Source: Candidatus Micrarchaeaceae archaeon
Lineage (GTDB): Archaea > Micrarchaeota > Micrarchaeia > Micrarchaeales > CABMGC01
Direction of reading: 5' to 3'
Length of the DNA stretch: 22,044 nucleotides
Assembly (NCBI GenBank): GCA_038877255.1
Contig: JAVYWZ010000013.1
Location: 1 to 22,044 of the forward strand
Shown: piece by piece, positions 16,764 to 22,044 of the stretch
Position numbering within the stretch: position 1 is the stretch's first letter
Layout: the number at the start of each line of letters is the position of its first letter
Translations under genes and position numbers: made by a program
The notes under the pieces: generated by a model
Told to the model about the DNA's origin: nothing
Databases searched by the model: none
What the model saw: only the letters and a program-made list of their open reading frames with translations

Positions 16764-18494
16764 TCACCTCTTGAAGATTTTAAGCAAATTTTGCAAATCA
16801 TACGTGTTTATTATGTCTTCCTTGGTAAGCCAGCCTCTCCTTGCTGTGCCAATGCCATAACGCATAAACTCAAGGTGCTGTGTTCTGTGCGAGTCCGTTC
16901 CTATCTCAAATTTAACCTTATATTTTCTTGCCTTCAGTATGTTCTCATCATTCAGGTCCAGCCTGTTCGGGAAGGAATTTATCTCAAGTACAACGTTGTT
17001 TGCCTCTGCGGCTTCAAAAACCTTGTCAAGGTCTAGCTGTATAGGCTCGCGTTCGTTTATGAGCCTGTCTGTAGGGTGTGCAAGCACATTAATGTGCGCA
17101 CTTTCAATAGCTTTTACTACTCTTGCAGTCATCTCATCTTTGCCCATGTTTATGCTTGTGTGCACTGCCCCTATTACATAATCCATTTCCTCAAGGGTCT
17201 TGTCCTTCAAGTCGAGCGAACCATCTTTCAAAATATCAACTTCGCCGCTCTTGAGCACACGAATCCTGCCTTCGTACTTATCATTAATCGCATCGACCTC
17301 TCTGAACATTTTCTCGAAGCCAGCGTCGTCCATGCCCCTTGCTATATGCTCGCTTTTTGAATGATCTGAATTGCCAATGTACTTTCTGCCGAGTTTAACT
17401 GCTTCTGATACCATCTCGTCAAGCGTATTTGCGCCGTCGCTATGGTTCGTATGCGTATGCAAATCCCCTTTTATATCTCCAAGCTCAACAAGCTTTGGAA
17501 CCTTATGCTCTAGCGCGAGCTCAACTTCGCCGCGGTCTTCGCGCATCTCAGGCTCCACGTACTGCAAGCCAAGCTTTTTGTATATCTCGCTTTCATCTTC
17601 GCCTGCAACTACGTTATTGTTGCTCTTGTTGAAAAGACCGTACTCGTTAAGCTTGTAGCCCTTCTTTATTGCTATCTCCCTTAACTTTATGTTGTGATTC
17701 TTACTGCCTATGAAATACTGCATTGCAGCACCAAAACTTTCTGGCTCTATTACCCTGAAATCGCAGCTCAGACCAATTTTAAGCCATACTGTTGTCTTTG
17801 TAGGCCCCTTTACTATTACATGCTCTGTTTCTTGCATCTTTGTAACGAAGTCCATAACCGCATCTGCTTTCTTTGAGATGAGCAATATGTCAAGATCACC
17901 AACTGTTTCGCGCATTCTTCGCGTTGAGCCGCACAATTCTGCACGTTCTACAAGACCCGATTCCTTAAGCTTCCTTATAAGTATCTCTGCCTCTGGCAGA
18001 GCTGCGCCAAGAAGCATGCGTCCCTTGCTCTCTTCAAGCAGGGCTATTCCCTTTGAAAGCTCTTCCTCGCTGCGCTCACCAAAGCCTTCGAGATTGCGTA
18101 TCCTGTGCTGCCCTATCGCCTTTTTCAAATCGTCAATGTTTTTAACTCCAAGCAACTGGTAAAGTTTTAAGGCCTTTTTTGCGCCCATGCCTTGTATCTT
18201 CGTAAGACCTGCGAAATCTATAGGAAACTTTCTTTTGAGCTCGTCATATTTCTTTATTTTGCCTGTCTTGAAATATTCAGCAAGCCTCTCTGCTATAGTC
18301 TTGCCCACACCTTGCAGCTTGAGCAGACCATCAATACCCTCTTTTTCATAAATCTCGCGCACGTCCTGCTGCAAGGTGCCTATCGTGAGTGCTGCTTTTC
18401 TATAAGCAAGCGGCTCGAACCGATTAGACTTAGGATCGAGTTCTAACATGTCAGCGATTTCTTCGAATATCTCTGCAATCTTTGAGTTGTCCAC
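16764..18494 (-). CDS. polX: DNA polymerase X family / PHP-domain protein
   Basis: HhH motifs (GVGK, GMGAK), GSTRR...GDLDIL, CDFR, YFIGSKNHN, LNEYGLF. PHP motifs DLHTHT..SDG, SDHS, AHPT, GTDSH. Likely GTG start MDNSKIA. Confidence 0.95.
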   Translation of the reverse strand: MDNSKIAEIFEEIADMLELDPKSNRFEPLAYRKAALTIGTLQQDVREIYEKEGIDGLLKLQGVGKTIAERLAEYFKTGKIKKYDELKRKFPIDFAGLTKIQGMGAKKALKLYQLLGVKNIDDLKKAIGQHRIRNLEGFGERSEEELSKGIALLEESKGRMLLGAALPEAEILIRKLKESGLVERAELCGSTRRMRETVGDLDILLISKKADAVMDFVTKMQETEHVIVKGPTKTTVWLKIGLSCDFRVIEPESFGAAMQYFIGSKNHNIKLREIAIKKGYKLNEYGLFNKSNNNVVAGEDESEIYKKLGLQYVEPEMREDRGEVELALEHKVPKLVELGDIKGDLHTHTNHSDGANTLDEMVSEAVKLGRKYIGNSDHSKSEHIARGMDDAGFEKMFREVDAINDKYEGRIRVLKSGEVDILKDGSLDLKDKTLEEMDYVIGAVHTSINMGKDEMTARVVKAIESAHINVLAHPTDRLINEREPIQLDLDKVFEAAEANNVVLEINSFPNRLDLNDENILKARKYKVKFEIGTDSHRTQHLEFMRYGIGTARRGWLTKEDIINTYDLQNLLKIFKR

Positions 18495-18543
18495 AATAAT
18501 AATAGCATGTTGCAAGCTTAAAATGTTTTGTTAGCGGAAAAGA

Positions 18544-18654
18544 AACGCTGTCCCTTAAACGCAGGTGCAAAAGCTAGTGCGTTGGCGTTGAAGCGAGAAG
18601 CTCAAAACAAGCAGATGTGGCGTAAGCTAAGTCTGTAATAGCTTAGTAGTTCAC
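18544..18654 (+). ncRNA. Structured IS200/IS605 right-end / omega-RNA-like element, family B copy B1
   Basis: Nested stems AACGCT/GGCGTT and AACGCA/TGCGTT, then GAAGCGAGAAG, AAGCT/AGCTT enclosing CAGAT/GTCTG and TGGC-GTAA-GCTA, ending GTAGTTCAC. Two other partial copies in the window. Confidence 0.55.
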
Positions 18655-18748
18655 CGCAGACGCGCTGCTAAATGGATTTGCAATAAGCGAAACAAACTTA
18701 TTTATTCTTTAACGCCTAATTAGAATTTGGCGACTAGTTGGTAATTTA

Positions 18749-19825
18749 ATGGCTGGAGAAGTAAACTCACCCGATGACGAGGAGCTTCTGAAGTTTATAG
18801 AGGCTGCTAGGCCAAAAATATACATATTTGGGGCCGGCGGCAGCGGATCTAACACCATAACGCGCATGTATGAAACTAACATAGAAGGCGCGACGCTTGT
18901 TGCTGCAAACACAGATGCGCATCATTTAGCAATTACAAAATCGCACAGGAAGATACTTTTAGGCAAAAAGACAACAAAAGGTCTTGGTGCTGGTAGCGAT
19001 CCAAAGTTAGGCGAGGACGCGGCACTTGAAAGCAAAGAGGAGATAAGGCACATGCTGAGCGATGCACAGCTTGTTTTTGTCACATGCGGGCTTGGCGGCG
19101 GCACAGGCACAGGCGCTGCGCCAATACTGGCGCATGAAGCGAAAGAAGCGGGAGCGCTCACTATAGGCATAGTTACACTGCCATTTTCGAGTGAAGGCAG
19201 ACTCAGAATGCACAACGCACTTGAAGGTCTTTCAAAACTGAAACGTGCAACTGATACTACAATAATAATACCAAACGACAAGCTGTTGGGCATAGCGCCA
19301 GACCTGCCTCTTAACATGGCGTTCAGGGTGAGCGACGAAGTTCTTTCGAATGCTACAAAAGGCATAGTAGAGATGGTTACAAAACCCGGCATGGTCAACC
19401 TCGACTTTGCAGATTTAAGGAGCGTAATCAAGGATTCTGGTTATTCAGTAATAGGCATGGGCGAGAGCAATGGTGCAGATACCAAGGATAGGGCAATAAT
19501 TGCTGTTGAGAATACGCTCAAAAGCCCTCTGCTCGATGTAGACACTACAACTGCAAAGCGCGCGCTAGTTAACATAATCGGAGGCCAGGACCTCACACTG
19601 CGCGAAGCAGAAAGCATATTTCAGGAAGTGGCAAGCAGGATAAGCGATGATGCATTACTCAAATGGGGCGCGAGAATTGAACCTGAGATGCAGAAGAACG
19701 CGCTAAAGGTAATGGTAGTAATGGGCGGCGTGGAATATGCTGAATATACGGAAGACGGCATAAAGAAAAAAACTGAGAAAAGCGCAGGCGAAGGAGAGGA
19801 CCTTGACAAAGTATTTGGGGACTAG
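18749..19825 (+). CDS. ftsZ: Cell division protein FtsZ
   Basis: GAGGSGSN, ANTD, GLGAG, GLGGGTGTG signature, NDKL, NLDFAD T7 loop. Confidence 0.97.
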   Translation: MAGEVNSPDDEELLKFIEAARPKIYIFGAGGSGSNTITRMYETNIEGATLVAANTDAHHLAITKSHRKILLGKKTTKGLGAGSDPKLGEDAALESKEEIRHMLSDAQLVFVTCGLGGGTGTGAAPILAHEAKEAGALTIGIVTLPFSSEGRLRMHNALEGLSKLKRATDTTIIIPNDKLLGIAPDLPLNMAFRVSDEVLSNATKGIVEMVTKPGMVNLDFADLRSVIKDSGYSVIGMGESNGADTKDRAIIAVENTLKSPLLDVDTTTAKRALVNIIGGQDLTLREAESIFQEVASRISDDALLKWGARIEPEMQKNALKVMVVMGGVEYAEYTEDGIKKKTEKSAGEGEDLDKVFGD

Positions 19826-19875
19826 TGGAACTGCAACAATTTTAGACTTGGCTTTTGCTACATCTTTTGTTTGAG
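19825..19875 (-). repeat. Family B remnant, copy B2
   Basis: Minus strand CTCAAACAAAAGATGTAGCAAAAGCCAAGTCT...GCAGTTCCAC aligns with CTCAAAACAAGCAGATGTGGCGTAAGCTAAGTCT...GTAGTTCAC (18601-18654). Confidence 0.55.
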
Positions 19876-19958
19876 GCGGCTGGCTCTCTAGCCACAAGAT
19901 ACCAAGAACTGTGCGCATACGCAAAAAGCTTTATTAAGCAAAAATACAAAACCAAATC

Positions 19959-20141
19959 ATGAACTTTAATCCAATCTCCGGCTTCAAGCATTTCTACGAA
20001 GAGTCGAAGCACATAATGAACGTAAGCTACAAGCCAACGCATGCCGAGTTTATGCGAACGCTCAAGATAGTGACAATAGGCGTCATAATCCTTGGTGTGA
20101 TAGGATTCATAATAGCCATAATAATAGGAGCGTTAACTTAA
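19959..20141 (+). CDS. secE: Protein translocase subunit SecE / Sec61-gamma
   Basis: SYKPTHAEF..TLKIV.IG..ILGVIGFII motif. Canonical position after ftsZ. Confidence 0.9.
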   Translation: MNFNPISGFKHFYEESKHIMNVSYKPTHAEFMRTLKIVTIGVIILGVIGFIIAIIIGALT

Positions 20142-20187
20142 CATTTTTGATATGCAAGTCTATTAATTTTGAATGGTAAATAATATC

Positions 20188-21036
20188 ATGCCTATAGAAG
20201 CTGACATCGATTATACGGTTTCTGCCCAAGAAAATGCAGAACAGTATTTCAAAAAGGCAAAGGAATTTGAGAAGAAATCTGCAGGAGCCGAAAACGCAGC
20301 AAAAGAGCTTGAGGTAAAACTGGAAAAAGTCAAAGCAAAACATGTTAAAGAAAAAAGACTCAAGATTGTTAAGAGCAAGGAGTGGTACGAAAAATTCAAT
20401 TGGTTCTTTACAAGCAACGGCATGCTTGCAATAGGCGGCAGGAACGCCCAGCAAAATGAAGAGATAAACTCGAAATATTTTGATGACAAAGATTTTTCTT
20501 TCCATGCAAATATATTCGGCGCTTCCCTGGCAATTCTTAAAGGCGGAGCCAATGCAGATAGAAGCGTAAAAGAGGAAGTGGCACAGTTCGCGGCATGCTA
20601 TTCGAAGGCATGGGAGAATGGCCAAAGCAGCGTAGATGTATTTGCGGCAAGACGCGATCAGGTAACGAAATCAAGCCAAAGTGGCTATATAGCAACTGGT
20701 AGCTTTCTAATAAAAGGAGAACGTGAGTGGTTTAGAAACGTTGAATTGGCGCTTTGCGCATTTATAGGCAATTCAGAGGTTTTGCTTGAAAAAAGCACAT
20801 TAAATAGCAACGCGGTATTGGGTTTTGGACCTAACAAGATAATAGTAGAAACACCGCCATTTGGAGTGGCTCCATTAAAAACATGCCAAAAAACCAATGT
20901 GACAAAGTTTGTCATGCTCAGGCCTGGCAAGACGAAAAAATCAGAAGCAAGTAAGGCAATTGCACAAAGGCTAGGGATTGATGATATAGATTATATTATG
21001 CAGCACCTTCCTCCCGGAGGGTTTTCTCTGAAGTAA
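20188..21036 (+). CDS. NFACT-R (DUF814) domain protein, N-terminally truncated Rqc2/RqcH homolog
   Basis: SAQENAEQYFKKAK, WYEKFNWFFTSNG.LAIGGRNAQQNE, FHAN..GA, AQFAACYSKAW, GSFLIKGER. Start could also be ATG 20173. Confidence 0.85.
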   Translation: MPIEADIDYTVSAQENAEQYFKKAKEFEKKSAGAENAAKELEVKLEKVKAKHVKEKRLKIVKSKEWYEKFNWFFTSNGMLAIGGRNAQQNEEINSKYFDDKDFSFHANIFGASLAILKGGANADRSVKEEVAQFAACYSKAWENGQSSVDVFAARRDQVTKSSQSGYIATGSFLIKGEREWFRNVELALCAFIGNSEVLLEKSTLNSNAVLGFGPNKIIVETPPFGVAPLKTCQKTNVTKFVMLRPGKTKKSEASKAIAQRLGIDDIDYIMQHLPPGGFSLK

Positions 21037-21078
21037 TCTTACAATAACTTTTATAACTCTGTTATTCATAAGTTAATT

Positions 21079-21527
21079 ATGCTTAGTGAGAGCGAAGATT
21101 TCACATTGGTTATAAAGAAGATGAAACGATACGCAGGCGCAGGGCAACTTTCAGATATTGAGAATACGCTCTTATCTCTCGATGATTCAAAAACATAAAG
21201 CTTGCACTAGCCTACGATGTGCTAGACCTTTGCAAACTCTCAAAGCCAGGAAACATTGAAATGCTTGATGCAATAATAAAACTCGCAAAGGCTTTTTCAT
21301 CAAGGCCCAGAGTTCTGCACGAGATTATTGGTGTTGCTGCAGATACATATAAAATGCATAAAGTCGAGAAGACTGCCGAGCACTTTGATAAAGATATAAT
21401 AAGTGCGTTTAACGCAGTAATAGCAAGTGCGAATGAAATTTGCTCCATAGATGGTGACAGCGCCGCTGTTGAAAAAGCAGTAGTCATAATATTGAATTCT
21501 GGTATGAAAAGCTTAGTTAGAGGGTAG
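21079..21527 (+). pseudogene. Hypothetical helical protein split by a 1-nt frameshift
   Basis: 39-codon ORF 21079-21198 joins the 21219-21527 frame if one A is added to the A5 run at 21189-21193. TATA-like TTTTATAA upstream. Confidence 0.55.
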
Positions 21528-21652
21528 GTGCTGATTTGCATGCCAAATTTTTAAATTTTTATTCTGCTTCTGATAGACATCTATGCCGTCTTCACATTAG
21601 CTCTCTTGCAACGGCATAGCTAATTTTATATCTGACGATAGTTAATATTGGC

Positions 21653-22044
21653 ATGCTTTCCAATATAATATTTGACGTTGGCGGGGTAATAATCAAATAC
21701 AACAACTACACCGATTACTACCTAGGCTATCTCGCAAAGAAGACAGGAATAAGTGCAAAAGAGATACAACGAAGAGTAGAAAGCCGGCTTCTCCCTCTTT
21801 TTTACACTGCTAAAATTTCAAAGGCCGAATTTTACCGGAGGCTCGCAAAATCTATAGGCATAAGTGAAAGAGAGGTGCGATGGTCAGACAACTTTGTAGA
21901 GCGCGCAAGAATAAATAAACAAACAATCAGAACAATAAAGAGGCTTAAGCATAAGTATGTCATAGCATATTTTTCCAATGTAGATTATGCGGTATATGTA
22001 CACATGCGCGAAATGCTAAAGCCTTATTCTGCCTTGTTTGACTT
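21653..22044 (+). CDS. HAD-superfamily hydrolase (partial, runs off the window)
   Basis: MLSNIIFDVGGVII (motif I) and IAYFSN (motif II). Open to the window end. Confidence 0.85.
   Translation, partial: MLSNIIFDVGGVIIKYNNYTDYYLGYLAKKTGISAKEIQRRVESRLLPLFYTAKISKAEFYRRLAKSIGISEREVRWSDNFVERARINKQTIRTIKRLKHKYVIAYFSNVDYAVYVHMREMLKPYSALFD

Noticed and set aside
18547..18557. Word GCTGTCCCTTA, recalled from memory as similar to a Cas12f tracrRNA
   Set aside because: Only 11 nt, unverified recollection, and no anti-repeat, array or cas gene nearby. Needs an alignment before any claim.
141..21541. Numerous antisense and overlapping ORFs in the six-frame track
   Set aside because: They are shadows of well-supported genes and have no recognisable motifs.
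1..22044. CRISPR array or cas genes
   Set aside because: No regularly spaced direct repeats and no cas-like ORF. The repeats are dispersed.

Overview
Archaeal genomic window. S26e, class II LysRS, a doubly intron-split tRNA, PolX, the short Rqc2 homolog and GGTGA-type ribosome-binding sites suggest a DPANN/Micrarchaeota-like organism (inference). It is mostly housekeeping: glutamate dehydrogenase, HTH regulator, degenerate RpiB-fold protein, S26e, DUF106, adenylate kinase, thermosome, a five-gene 2-oxoacid:ferredoxin oxidoreductase/HMG-CoA synthase/thiolase/DUF35 run, NifX-like protein, lysS, DRG GTPase, DHFR-like protein, PolX-PHP, ftsZ, secE, NFACT-R protein, HAD hydrolase and three tRNAs. 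The unusual content is intergenic. Family A has three 168-210 bp copies of an internally deleted IS200/IS605 (tnpB) element, all inserted after TTAT. Family B has three remnants of a second IS605-type right end, one with an omega-RNA-like fold upstream of ftsZ. Also notable: tRNA-Ser(GGA) with two BHB introns, an oxidoreductase beta gene that appears to start at ACG, and a TnpB-derived 41-codon uORF abutting the gdh start.
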